Assembly (NCBI GenBank): GCA_050008515.1
Contig: JBEKMM010000003.1
Span: 212,394-276,393, forward strand
Direction: 5' to 3'
From: Candidatus Limnocylindrales bacterium
GTDB lineage: Bacteria; Chloroflexota; Limnocylindria; Limnocylindrales; CSP1-4
Length of the DNA: 64,000 nt
Shown piece by piece: positions 54,115 through 63,359 of the stretch. Both the position numbers and the translations under genes were made by a program. The notes beneath the pieces are model-generated. The model was not told the DNA's origin. It did not search any database and worked only from the letters and a program-made list of their open reading frames with translations. Position 1 is the first letter of the stretch. Each line of letters starts with the position of its first letter.

Positions 54115-55149
54115 GTGGCCGGATCCTCCGCGCCGCTCGGCTACTACTGGGGCGACGATTCCTACAGCGTCGCCCGCGGCCCCGACGCGCTGGCGGCTCG
54201 GCTGGCGGGGGGCGGCCCCGCGGTGGATCGTCTCCGCCTGACGGGCTCCGCCACTTCCGCCGACGAGATCGCCGAGAAGGTGGCCACGGCCACGATGTTC
54301 GGAGGCGGGACGCTCGTGGTGGTGGCGGAGCCGGGGCCGCTCGTGGTCAACAAGCCGCTGGCGGCCCGCCTCACCGCGGTGTTCGACGCCGTGGCGGATG
54401 GCAACGGCCTGGCGTTCCTGGACCTGGTGGATGGCACGGCCCGCCGCCCCGCCTCGCTCGAAGCGCTGCGAAGCGCCGTGGCCGCCGCCGGCGGTGACGT
54501 CCGCGAGTTCAAGGCTCCCACGCGCGAGGGCATGGCGCGCTGGATCTCAGACCGTGCCGCGGAGCGCGCGATCCGCATCACGGCACCCGCGGCCGCACTC
54601 CTGGCCGAGCGCGTCGGCGCTTTCGTCCGCGAGCGCGACGTCGACCGCCGCCGCCAGGGCGAGCTGGCCGTGTCGGAGCTGGAGAAGCTGGCCCTCTACC
54701 GCCTCGACGGCCAGATCGGCCCCGAGGACGTCAAGGCCCTGGTCGCCGACGCGGTTCCGGGCTCCACCTGGGCCTTCCTCGACGCCGTTGGGATGCGCCG
54801 CGCGGCCGAGGCCGCCGAGCTCGCGGATCGCCTGGATGACGTCCCCTCCCCCGTCCTCGTCGTGCACCTCCATCGGCGCCTGCGCGAGCTGATCCAGATC
54901 GCCGATCTGCTCGCCGCCGGCACTCCCGCGGCCTCGCTGGTCCGCACGCTCAAGCTCCAGCCCTACCGGGCGGAGATGCTCGCCAACCAGGCACGAACGT
55001 GGACGCTGCCCGAACTCGACGCGGCGCTGGCCGGCCTGCTGGAGCTGGACGCCACCCTGAAGGGCCACGACGGCGGGGGTGAGCTGCGCCGCCGGTCGGC
55101 CGTCACGCTATGGATCGCCGAGCGCGTTCGCAGGCCGGGCGGCCGTTAG
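54115..55149 (+). CDS. holA: DNA polymerase III delta subunit
   Basis: 344 aa. Synteny after comEC. Delta-like pattern 'YYWGDD.Y....', 'MFGGGTLVVV' and 'LEKLALY'. The sequence motifs are weak. Confidence 0.7.
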   Translation: MAGSSAPLGYYWGDDSYSVARGPDALAARLAGGGPAVDRLRLTGSATSADEIAEKVATATMFGGGTLVVVAEPGPLVVNKPLAARLTAVFDAVADGNGLAFLDLVDGTARRPASLEALRSAVAAAGGDVREFKAPTREGMARWISDRAAERAIRITAPAAALLAERVGAFVRERDVDRRRQGELAVSELEKLALYRLDGQIGPEDVKALVADAVPGSTWAFLDAVGMRRAAEAAELADRLDDVPSPVLVVHLHRRLRELIQIADLLAAGTPAASLVRTLKLQPYRAEMLANQARTWTLPELDAALAGLLELDATLKGHDGGGELRRRSAVTLWIAERVRRPGGR

Positions 55150-55243
55150 CCCCGGAGGGGCCCCGGCGCGGTGCGCGCGAGGCCGCGACGCGCGCGAGGC
55201 CGCGGCGCGGAACCCAGAGGACAGAGAGAGAGAGTGGCCGACG

Positions 55244-55498
55244 TCAGTCGGCGCTGGACCAGGCCTGCTCCTGGACGACCAGGTCGCTCTCGATGGCGAA
55301 GACGCAGCGGCCCTGGCCCAGGTCGAGCAGCTCGATCAGCTCGGGGTCGATGTAGAGCTGATGGCAGTCTTCGCACAGGCCGCCCGGGATGCCGAAGCAG
55401 AGGCGTTCGCTTCGGTCGGGCAGGCGGAATGTCGTGTCGAAGCGCGTGTTTACGAGGCGCTTTCCGCAGCGTGGGCAGCGTTCGCGGGCCCGTGACAT
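55244..55498 (-). CDS. Small zinc-ribbon protein (84 aa)
   Basis: ATG at 55498. The 'CPRCG...CEDCH' pair suggests a Cys4 ribbon. Confidence 0.5.
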   Translation of the reverse strand: MSRARERCPRCGKRLVNTRFDTTFRLPDRSERLCFGIPGGLCEDCHQLYIDPELIELLDLGQGRCVFAIESDLVVQEQAWSSAD

Positions 55499-55775
55499 CG
55501 CATCCGACCTCAGGAGCTGGCAACCAATCGGTCGCCTCGATGTGGTGATGCTAGGGCCGGGCGCGAATAGGGCATATGACTCACTCGTACCGTCCGAGAG
55601 GTACTCAGGCGGTAGTCTCCTTGGATGGGCCGCAGGCGTGATTCGGCCTACTTCGAACGCATAGTGCGCCGTGTCAACGACCCTTTGCGGGCGCGCACCG
55701 CCCTCCTGCGAAGGCCGTATCCGCTCGGTCGGGTGACCCGCGGAACCGCCGGTCATCTCCTGCTAGCCTTGCGGA

Positions 55776-56741
55776 ATGGATCGCCGAAGAGTCGTCGGCA
55801 TCGCGCTGGGAGCTATCTCCGGCGTCGCATACGGGACCGGACCGCTCTTCGCCAAGAGCGTCTACCACGCCGGCCTGGACTGGATGGCGCTCCTCGCCTG
55901 GCGCTTCTTCTTCGCGACCATCATCAGCTGGCTGTGGCTGTTCGCCCAGCCGAGGGCGCGCACCGAGCTTCGCCTTCTCGACCGCCGAACGACCGGACGC
56001 CTGCTCTTCACGGGCGCGACCTTCATCTTCACCGCGAGCGTCTACTACGCCGCCGTCCAGCGCATCCCGACCTCGCTCGAGGCGCTCCTGATGTACGCCT
56101 ATCCGGCTGTGGTCGCCGTGCTCTCGATGAGGCTCGGCTACCCGTTTCGGGGCAGGCTCGCCTGGGGCTCGCTCGGCGTCGTGCTCGTCGGGGCGATCCT
56201 GACGATCGGGGGAATCGAGGCCGGGGTCGACCAGCTCGGGATCGCCATCGGGGCGCTCTCGCCGCTGGCCTACGCGATCTACATCATCCTGGCCGCGTGG
56301 ATGGCCGGCGAGCGACCCGGCCAGACCGCGGACATGCGATCGCAGGGCAAGGGCGCGGAGGTCTCGCCGCCCGTCGCAGGGGCGGTGATGATGACCGGCA
56401 CCTGGCTGACGATGTTCGTCATCGCCGCCGCCTTCCGCGAGCCGCTCGTTCCTTCGCAAGTGCCGGTGGAGGCGTGGCCGGGCCTTTTCGGCATCGGGCT
56501 GTTCGCGGCCGCGATCGCCATCCAGGCGTTCTACGCGTCCGTGGCGCGGATCGGGGCGGCACAGGCTTCGCTGATGGCCACGGTCGAGCCGCTCGTGGTC
56601 ATCTTCCTCGGCGTGGGGTTCCTCGGCGAGACGCTGGCGCCACTCCAGATCCTGGGCGCGTTGCTGGTGCTGGCCGGCGTGCTGCTGGCGCAGACGGCGA
56701 CGCCGTCCGAATCGCGCCCGACCCTGCTCGAGGAGGTCTAG
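55776..56741 (+). CDS. EamA/DMT-family transporter
   Basis: 10 TM helices as two EamA halves. Confidence 0.85.
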   Translation: MDRRRVVGIALGAISGVAYGTGPLFAKSVYHAGLDWMALLAWRFFFATIISWLWLFAQPRARTELRLLDRRTTGRLLFTGATFIFTASVYYAAVQRIPTSLEALLMYAYPAVVAVLSMRLGYPFRGRLAWGSLGVVLVGAILTIGGIEAGVDQLGIAIGALSPLAYAIYIILAAWMAGERPGQTADMRSQGKGAEVSPPVAGAVMMTGTWLTMFVIAAAFREPLVPSQVPVEAWPGLFGIGLFAAAIAIQAFYASVARIGAAQASLMATVEPLVVIFLGVGFLGETLAPLQILGALLVLAGVLLAQTATPSESRPTLLEEV

Positions 56742-56803
56742 TCAGCCGGAGGGCCGAGGGTCCGGAAGGCCGCCGCGTCCGAAGGCCGGCCCGAGCGTGC
56801 GGC

Positions 56804-57310
56804 CTACTCGACCCCAACGGCGGAGCTTCGACGCTCCAGGAGGATGACGTCGCGCCAGCGGCCCGTGGAGTCGCGCCCGATCCGCTCTCGGACGCCGACC
56901 CGTCGGAAGCCCCATTTCTCGTGGAGCGCCAGGCTGGCCGCGTTGTCGGCCATGATCCCGGCCTGGAGCGTCCAGACGCCTACTGCCTCCGACGCGGCCA
57001 CGAGCGCCGCCATCAGCGCGTCCCCGACGCCGCGGCCCCGCGCGCTCGCCGCGACGTAGACGCTCAGCTCGGCCACACCCGCGTACACGGCCCGCGCGGA
57101 GTAGCGGCTCAGCGCCGCCCAGCCGAAGACCGCCCCACCCTCGTCGCGCGCCACCAGCCGGCAATCGGGCCGATGGGAATGGTTCCAGGCTTCCCATTCG
57201 GGCGCCGCCAGCTCGAAGGTGGCCAGGCCGGTCGCGATCCCCTCTTCGTAGATAGCCCGCACCGCGGGCCAGTCGTCCGCCCTCATGCCTTCGATCGTCA
57301 TCGCGCTCAT
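56804..57310 (-). CDS. GNAT N-acetyltransferase (phosphinothricin-acetyltransferase-like)
   Basis: 'ATFE...PEWEAW', 'VYVAASARGRGVGDALMAAL' and 'HEKWGFRRVG'. Confidence 0.85.
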   Translation of the reverse strand: MSAMTIEGMRADDWPAVRAIYEEGIATGLATFELAAPEWEAWNHSHRPDCRLVARDEGGAVFGWAALSRYSARAVYAGVAELSVYVAASARGRGVGDALMAALVAASEAVGVWTLQAGIMADNAASLALHEKWGFRRVGVRERIGRDSTGRWRDVILLERRSSAVGVE

Positions 57311-57461
57311 GGATCCAGTATCGAATCGCCGGCCCCGGCGCGCATGGCGCCGACGCAGCGATTCAGGTTGCGGGTCACGTCCGGCGCCGCTTCGAGTAAT
57401 CTCTGCGGGCGAGGTCGGTCCAACCACGGGACCTCGTCCCGGAGGGAGCGAAGCCTCAGGC

Positions 57462-57941
57462 ATGGCAACCCTGTACCCGGAGGTCGAGCGGCTGCGCGTC
57501 GCGCGCGACCGTCTCGTCCGACTCCGCACCAAGGTGGAGATGAGTCCGCCCGCGCCCGACGACCTGCCGCGTGCGCGGGAGTGGGTCGCCCGAGAGACGC
57601 TCGCCCACATCGACGAGATGCTGCCCTACTGGCTGGGCGAGATCGAGCGCATCCTCGCCGCCCCGGTGGAGCCGGTTCCATTCGGCCGCAACCCGAGCGA
57701 TCTCGTTCGGCTGCTGACGGTGGACCGCGATAGAACCCTGCCCACCTCTGAGCTGTACGCGCGCCTCGACTTCCACCTCGAGCGCGTGGTTCGACGCCTG
57801 CTCGAGCTCGACGATCGGCAGTGCGCCCGCCGGGGGTTGCACAAGACGCGAGGCGACATGACGATCAAGCAGATCGCCGACGAGATGGTGGCGGGTCACA
57901 TCGAAGAGCACTGCAACCAGCTGGCGGCCTCGCTGGAGTAG
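57462..57941 (+). CDS. DinB-superfamily protein
   Basis: ATG at 57462. Four-helix pattern with 'LAHIDEM' and 'GHIEEH' His ligands. Confidence 0.65.
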   Translation: MATLYPEVERLRVARDRLVRLRTKVEMSPPAPDDLPRAREWVARETLAHIDEMLPYWLGEIERILAAPVEPVPFGRNPSDLVRLLTVDRDRTLPTSELYARLDFHLERVVRRLLELDDRQCARRGLHKTRGDMTIKQIADEMVAGHIEEHCNQLAASLE

Positions 57942-57983
57942 TCGCGGTCGCCCGATCACCTGCAACCGCAGCAGGAGGAAGCA

Positions 57984-58640
57984 ATGGCCACGACCGCAAC
58001 CGCGCCCGCAGCCGCGCCGGCAGCCCCCGATCTGAAGAAGAGACTGAAGCCGCTCTTCAACCCGCCGCGCGAGCCGGTTCTCGTGGACGTGCCCGAGCTC
58101 GGCTACCTGATGATCGACGGCAAGGGCGCGCCCGAAGAGACAGCCGACGCGCCCACGACCGAGTTCCAGCAAACCTTCCAGGTCCTGTTCCCGGTCGTCT
58201 ACACCATCAAGTTCAGGCTCAAGCGCGACGGCCTGGTGATGCCGCTCATGCCCCTCGATGCGCTCTGGTTCACCGGCCCGGACGAGGGCTTCGACATGAA
58301 CGTGCCGCCGGGCCAGTGGGGCTGGCGAGTCCTGATGATCGTCTCCGACGACGTCACGCCCGCGATCTTCGACGAGGCAGTCGAAGAGGTGCGCCGCAAG
58401 AAGGGCGACCTGGACATGCTGGGCCGGCTGCGCTTCGAGCGCTGGCGTGAAGGGCGCTCCGCCCAGGTCATGCACATCGGGCCGTACAGCGAGGAGCGCC
58501 CGACAATCGAGCGGCTCCACGCCTTCATCGCCGAGCAGGGCTTGCGGCAGCACGGCGCTCACCACGAGATCTACCTGGGCGACCCGCGCCGCGGCGACCC
58601 CGCGAAGCTCAAGACGGTGCTCCGCCAGCCGGTCGAATAG
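57984..58640 (+). CDS. GyrI-like small-molecule-binding protein
   Basis: 'VPELGYLMIDGKG' ... 'QVMHIGPYSEE' ... 'HHEIYLGDPRR'. Confidence 0.8.
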   Translation: MATTATAPAAAPAAPDLKKRLKPLFNPPREPVLVDVPELGYLMIDGKGAPEETADAPTTEFQQTFQVLFPVVYTIKFRLKRDGLVMPLMPLDALWFTGPDEGFDMNVPPGQWGWRVLMIVSDDVTPAIFDEAVEEVRRKKGDLDMLGRLRFERWREGRSAQVMHIGPYSEERPTIERLHAFIAEQGLRQHGAHHEIYLGDPRRGDPAKLKTVLRQPVE

Positions 58641-58678
58641 CAGCCCGCAGATCCGGGGGCAGCTGCAGATGCCGGGGC

Positions 58679-59350
58679 CTAGCCTGCGAGCCCGCTGTTT
58701 CCAGGTCCCGTGGGCGGGTTTCTGCCCCGGCGGCTCAGGTAGTCGTGCCAGAAGAGGCGAGCGGCGACGGATCGCCACGGCCGCCAAGCTGCCGCCAGCG
58801 CCTGCATCTGGTCGACGTCGGGTCGGCGCTCCAGACCCTTCACCTCGGCTACCGCCGTGAGGAGGGCCATGTCGGTTGCCGGCCAGATGTCCGGCCGCCC
58901 CAGGGCCATCATCAGGTAGATCGCGGCCGTCCACGGCCCGACGCCGGTCAACCCCACGAGCACGTCGCGCACGTCCTCGTCGGCGAGGCTCGGCAGGGCT
59001 TCGAGATCGAGCACCCCAGACGCCACCGCCCGCGCGAGGTTGCGGACATAGCCCGCCTTCTGGCGGCTGAACCCGATGGCGAGCAGCTGCGCGTCGTCGA
59101 GCTCGAGGAATCGATCGGGGGTCAGCGGGGCGGCGGCGCCAAGTCGGTCGAACGCGGCCTGTGCCGAGGCCAGCGACACCTGCTGCTCGAGCACTATGTG
59201 GACGAGGGTCGGGAACCCGGCCGGCCGGCTCCACAGCGGCGGCGGCCCGAACCGGTCGACGATGCCGCCCAGGTCGGGATCGCGGACGGCGAGCTCGCGA
59301 ACCGCCAGGGCGAGCGTTTCTTCCGTCAGCGGCGTCGTGCTCGCTCCCAC
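58679..59350 (-). CDS. DNA-3-methyladenine glycosylase II-like HhH-GPD protein
   Basis: 'VLEQQVSLASAQAAF' and 'LTGVGPWTAAIYLMMALGRPDIWPATDMAL'. The start is uncertain: GTG at 59350 or TTG at 59356, both inside a 29-bp duplication. Confidence 0.7.
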   Translation of the reverse strand: MGASTTPLTEETLALAVRELAVRDPDLGGIVDRFGPPPLWSRPAGFPTLVHIVLEQQVSLASAQAAFDRLGAAAPLTPDRFLELDDAQLLAIGFSRQKAGYVRNLARAVASGVLDLEALPSLADEDVRDVLVGLTGVGPWTAAIYLMMALGRPDIWPATDMALLTAVAEVKGLERRPDVDQMQALAAAWRPWRSVAARLFWHDYLSRRGRNPPTGPGNSGLAG

Positions 59351-59386
59351 AGCCAAAGCGGCGTCGTGCTCGCTCCCACAGCCAAA
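59329..59386. repeat. Perfect 29-bp tandem duplication
   Basis: GCGGCGTCGTGCTCGCTCCCACAGCCAAA appears twice (59329-59357 and 59358-59386). Confidence 0.95.
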
Positions 59387-59390
59387 CCGG

Positions 59391-60365
59391 CTACCGGCCC
59401 CGGACCCGGCGGCCCTCTTCCTTGACGATCGCCCGGAGCATGAAGCCGACGTTGGCCGGGCGCTCGGCGAGGCGGCGCATGAAGTACGGATACCACTCGT
59501 GCCCGTACGGCACGTAGATCCGGACCGTGTAGCCGCGCTCTGCGAGCTTGCGCTGCAGGTCGCGCCGCACGCCGTAGAGCATCTGGAACTCGAAGCGGTC
59601 ACGGCCGATCCCCTCGCCCTCCGCGATCTCGATGGCCCGCGCGATCAGCCTGGGGTCGTGCGTGGCCAGGGCGTGGTACGACCCGGACTTGAGCAGCCGC
59701 TCCATCAGCTTCGCGTAGCTGGCGTCCACGGTCGCCTTGTTGAGGTAGGCCACGCCGCGGGGCTCGTCGTAGGCGCCCTTGCACAACCGAACCCGACCGC
59801 CGGCGACGAGTATCCGTTCGACGTCGGCAGCGCTCCGGCGCAACGCCGACTGGATCACCACGCCGGTCTGCGGATACGCCTCGTGGGCCTCCTGCCAGAG
59901 AGCCAGAGTGGCGTCGGTCCTGGTGTGGTCCTCCATGTCGAAGCGGACGAAGCCATCCACGGCCCGGGCCGCGTCGAGGATCCGTATCACGTTGGCGCGG
60001 CACAGCTCGCGGTCGATCTCCATTCCCATCTGGGTCAGCTTGACGCTGACGTTGGCGTCGAGGCCGCGGGACGCCAGAGCGGGCAGGGTCGCGACGTAGC
60101 GATCGGCGGCCGCGGAAGCGAGCTCGGGCGAGGTGACCGATTCGCCCAGGACATCGACGGTAGTGCGGAGCCCGGCGCGCTTCAGGGCCTCGATGGCGGG
60201 CAGGGCCTCCTCGAGCGTCTCCCCGGCGACGAAGCGGGCGACGACCGGCCGCGTCAGGGGGCTCCGGACGGCCAGTCGGGCGAGCGACCGGCGGTGCGAC
60301 AGCGAGATGAAGAACGACCGCATCGTTCGATGCGGCAGCACCCGAACGGTATCGGCAATGCCCAT
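59391..60365 (-). CDS. Proline dehydrogenase (monofunctional)
   Basis: ATG at 60365. 'VSVKLTQMG', 'VRFDMEDH', 'RLCKGAY' and 'FEFQMLYGVR...YVPYG..WYPYFMRRLAERP'. Confidence 0.9.
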   Translation of the reverse strand: MGIADTVRVLPHRTMRSFFISLSHRRSLARLAVRSPLTRPVVARFVAGETLEEALPAIEALKRAGLRTTVDVLGESVTSPELASAAADRYVATLPALASRGLDANVSVKLTQMGMEIDRELCRANVIRILDAARAVDGFVRFDMEDHTRTDATLALWQEAHEAYPQTGVVIQSALRRSAADVERILVAGGRVRLCKGAYDEPRGVAYLNKATVDASYAKLMERLLKSGSYHALATHDPRLIARAIEIAEGEGIGRDRFEFQMLYGVRRDLQRKLAERGYTVRIYVPYGHEWYPYFMRRLAERPANVGFMLRAIVKEEGRRVRGR

Positions 60366-60369
60366 CGGA

Positions 60370-60783
60370 TCAGCCTTCCTTGGAGGAGGCATCGGCTGCC
60401 TCGGCCCGGCGCGCGAACTCGGCCACCTTCGCCGCCTCCTCGCGCTGGAAGGTTTCGAGCTTGCCCCGACGGTGGGCGTCGACCGCGGCCGCGATCGCCT
60501 CGATCGGGGGCGAGCCGAATGCCCGGCCGTCCTCGTCGCGGTAGATCCGGCAGGCAAGCGCGACCGGCAGCTCCGGCTGGGGAACGACGTCCTCGCCCTG
60601 GATGCGGATCGTGGGCGAGCCCTGGAAGCCGAGGAACTCGGCGTCCTCCTGGCTGGCGACGAAGATCAGCTGGATCGGCGTCTCGATGATCCCCCTGCGG
60701 AGAACGCTCTCCAGGTCGCGCCGCGCCTGCTCGAGGTGCGGGCAGTCCTCGACGGCCAACAGCTCGACACGAAGATCTGCCAC
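60370..60783 (-). CDS. Thioredoxin-fold protein (glutaredoxin-like domain)
   Basis: 'VELLAVEDCPHLEQA' and 'FQGSPTIRIQGEDV' suggest the fold. Only one Cys is in the usual CxxC position. Confidence 0.5.
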   Translation of the reverse strand: MADLRVELLAVEDCPHLEQARRDLESVLRRGIIETPIQLIFVASQEDAEFLGFQGSPTIRIQGEDVVPQPELPVALACRIYRDEDGRAFGSPPIEAIAAAVDAHRRGKLETFQREEAAKVAEFARRAEAADASSKEG

Positions 60784-60869
60784 GCGGCCAGCCTACATCG
60801 ACCTGGGGAAACGGGTGCGAGCGGGCGAGGCGGCGCCGCCGCCTGAGCCGCGCCGGGGCTCACCGGCGG

Positions 60870-61286
60870 TTAGCGCAGGGCCTCCGTGACGCGCAGCCAG
60901 GGCCCGATGAGGACCTGGCGAGTGTCCGCGTCGAGGCGGCCGCCGAGCGCCACTGCCAGAGCGGCGTCGACGATCGCCTCGCCGGCGTCGTTCTTGATCT
61001 GCTGCCAGGTGATGTCGTTGCTGATCCGATATGGAATGGTGTTCGAGCCGCGCGAGGCCCAGGCGAGGGCTCGGTTGCGGACGCGGTCGATCTCCTTGCT
61101 CAATCCCTCTCGATCGCCGACGGCTCGAACGGCCGCCCAGGCCTCCTCATGCACTTCGCGGCCGGTCGACCGCCAGGCCGCCCGCAAGCCAAGGAGCTGC
61201 GCCTGGTTCAGGTGATCGAGCCGTTCGAAGAAGCCCGCCATCTCCTCGGTGTCGACGAGATTCACTCCCCTGCGACGTCCCCACAT
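60870..61286 (-). CDS. Hypothetical helical protein
   Basis: 138-aa ORF with coding-like composition. No family recognised. Confidence 0.5.
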   Translation of the reverse strand: MWGRRRGVNLVDTEEMAGFFERLDHLNQAQLLGLRAAWRSTGREVHEEAWAAVRAVGDREGLSKEIDRVRNRALAWASRGSNTIPYRISNDITWQQIKNDAGEAIVDAALAVALGGRLDADTRQVLIGPWLRVTEALR

Positions 61287-61301
61287 CGGTCCGTCTTCCC
61301 C

Positions 61302-63359
61302 CTACTCTTCGTCCGCCTGCTCCAGCAGATGGCGCTTCAGGAAGTCGAGGCAGCGCTTCCAGGCATCGCGGCGGTTGTCCCGCTTCTGCCAGCCGTGCGG
61401 CTCCTCGTCGTACCAGTGGAGCTGGTAATGCTTGTTCTCGATCTCGAGCGCCTCGACGACCTTCTCGGTCATCAGCGGCACGACACGCTTGTCCTTGCGG
61501 CCGTGCATCAGCAGCAGCGGGGCCTCGATCCGCTCGACCCGATGGAGCGGCGAGCCGCGACGGTAGGCCTCGGCGGCCTCGGGATCGTCGGGCTTGCCCA
61601 TCATCCGCTCCAGGTCGATGCGGCCCAGTCGATCTCCGTGGCGGTAGCTCTCGGCGATGTCCGAGTCGCCGTACAGGTCGATGCCGGCGCGCCACAGAGT
61701 CGGCTCCTCGGTCAGGACGCAGAGCGTCATGTAGCCGCCGTACGAGGCGCCGTAGTGGGCCAGCCGGCCGTCGCACCAGGGCTGCTTCGCCGCCCAGCGG
61801 GCGGCGTCGATGACGTCGAACGCGTCGGCGTGGCCCCACTGGCCGCGGTTGGCCCAGCGGAAGTCGCGGCCGTAGCCGGTCGATCCGCGGAAGTCGACCG
61901 AGAGGAAGGCGACCCCGGCCTCGGCCACGAGCTGGCGGAAGGGCATCCAGTCGCGCAGAGCCTGGGAAGTGGGTCCGCCGTGGGAGTGCACCAGGCAGGG
62001 CACGCGGACCGCTTCCTCGCCGGTGGCGTTCGAGGGGAGGTACAGGTTGCCCTCGATCCTCAGGCCGTCGCGCGCTTCGTAGGCGATGCGCGTCCCCGTC
62101 GCGAAGTGGGCCGTGTCCACGACGGTCGGCAGCGAATGGGTCAGCTGCCGGGGCTTCGCGCCATGGGCCACGGCCTCCGGGACGGGCAGCAGCCAGAGAT
62201 CGTCGGGGGCGCGATCGCTGCGGCCGATGGCGAGGATGGCCGACGCGTCGGGCAACCAGCCGACGGCCATCCACACGCCGTCGAACGGGTTGACAGCGAC
62301 CGAGCGTGGGGTCGGGCTCGAAGCGGCGTCCCGCGCCGGCAGCTCGCCGATCAGCAGGTCGACGAGCCCATCGCGGATCTCCACGAAGGCGAAGCTCTTC
62401 CCATCGGGCGATGGCAGGGGCACGTAACCCCAGCCGCCGCCGGGCTCGCCATGCTCGTGCTGGCCGGTCGTGAGCACGGTCCGCTCCCGGCCGTCGGTCG
62501 AGATTCGGACGACCTGGAACCAGCCGTCGCGGTCCGACACCATGAGCAGACCCGATCCGTCCGGCAGCCAGCGCGGCCCGGTCTCCCAGGCGTCCTCGCC
62601 GGCGATCAGCCGCTCCTGGGCCGTGACCACGTCCACGAGATGGATCTGCGAGGTGAGCAGGTCCGGCGGGCGCTGAGACGTGACCGCGATCTGGCGGCCG
62701 TCCGGCGACCAGACGAACTCGTCGACGTCGACGCCTGGCGCGGTCATCGGGGTGGGTTCGGCGGAGCGCGGGCGGGTCGCGGGCCGGCCGCGGCGCGGGA
62801 CCGGCGCGTCCACGAGCCACAGCTGATCCCAGCCGCGGCGCCGCGAGATGAACGCGATCTGGTGTCCGTCGGCGCACCAGCGCGGGGAGCGGTTGCCGGC
62901 CGGGTGCTGGCTCACCAGGGCCTGGTGCGACCCCTCGACGTCGATCATCCAGATCGCCTCGTCCCGGACGAAGGCGATGCGCCGCCCGTCGGGCGACCAC
63001 TGCGGGTCGGAGGCCGACTTCTCGGTCGCGGTCAGCGGCTCGGGATAGCCGCCGCGCGACGCCATCAGGAAGATCTGGCGGGCCCCGGCCGCTTCCGCCG
63101 TGAAGGCCACGCGGCGGCTGTCCGGGGAGAGCCGGAACTCGCGGGGCGCCTCGATCGCAGCGGCTTGCTCGATGGTCAGCCCGTCACGCGATGGACGGCG
63201 GCCGCGGCCGTTCTCCTGGGCTCGACGGGCGGGCTCGGCGACGACGCGCGGCGCAGGGGCCCGGTTCGGTGCGGCTTCGTCCTCGGTCGGCCCGGCACGG
63301 CCAGTACCGGCGCCACTCCTGGCGCGGGAGCCTTCGCGCCCAAGGGTCGGCCGGGTCAT
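61302..63359 (-). CDS. S9-family serine peptidase (PD40 propeller + alpha/beta hydrolase)
   Basis: ATG at 63359, overlapping the upstream stop (ATGA). 'SPDGRRIAF' repeats, nucleophile 'GASYGGYM', 'HGRKDKRV' and 'EEPHGW'. Confidence 0.88.
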   Translation of the reverse strand: MTRPTLGREGSRARSGAGTGRAGPTEDEAAPNRAPAPRVVAEPARRAQENGRGRRPSRDGLTIEQAAAIEAPREFRLSPDSRRVAFTAEAAGARQIFLMASRGGYPEPLTATEKSASDPQWSPDGRRIAFVRDEAIWMIDVEGSHQALVSQHPAGNRSPRWCADGHQIAFISRRRGWDQLWLVDAPVPRRGRPATRPRSAEPTPMTAPGVDVDEFVWSPDGRQIAVTSQRPPDLLTSQIHLVDVVTAQERLIAGEDAWETGPRWLPDGSGLLMVSDRDGWFQVVRISTDGRERTVLTTGQHEHGEPGGGWGYVPLPSPDGKSFAFVEIRDGLVDLLIGELPARDAASSPTPRSVAVNPFDGVWMAVGWLPDASAILAIGRSDRAPDDLWLLPVPEAVAHGAKPRQLTHSLPTVVDTAHFATGTRIAYEARDGLRIEGNLYLPSNATGEEAVRVPCLVHSHGGPTSQALRDWMPFRQLVAEAGVAFLSVDFRGSTGYGRDFRWANRGQWGHADAFDVIDAARWAAKQPWCDGRLAHYGASYGGYMTLCVLTEEPTLWRAGIDLYGDSDIAESYRHGDRLGRIDLERMMGKPDDPEAAEAYRRGSPLHRVERIEAPLLLMHGRKDKRVVPLMTEKVVEALEIENKHYQLHWYDEEPHGWQKRDNRRDAWKRCLDFLKRHLLEQADEE

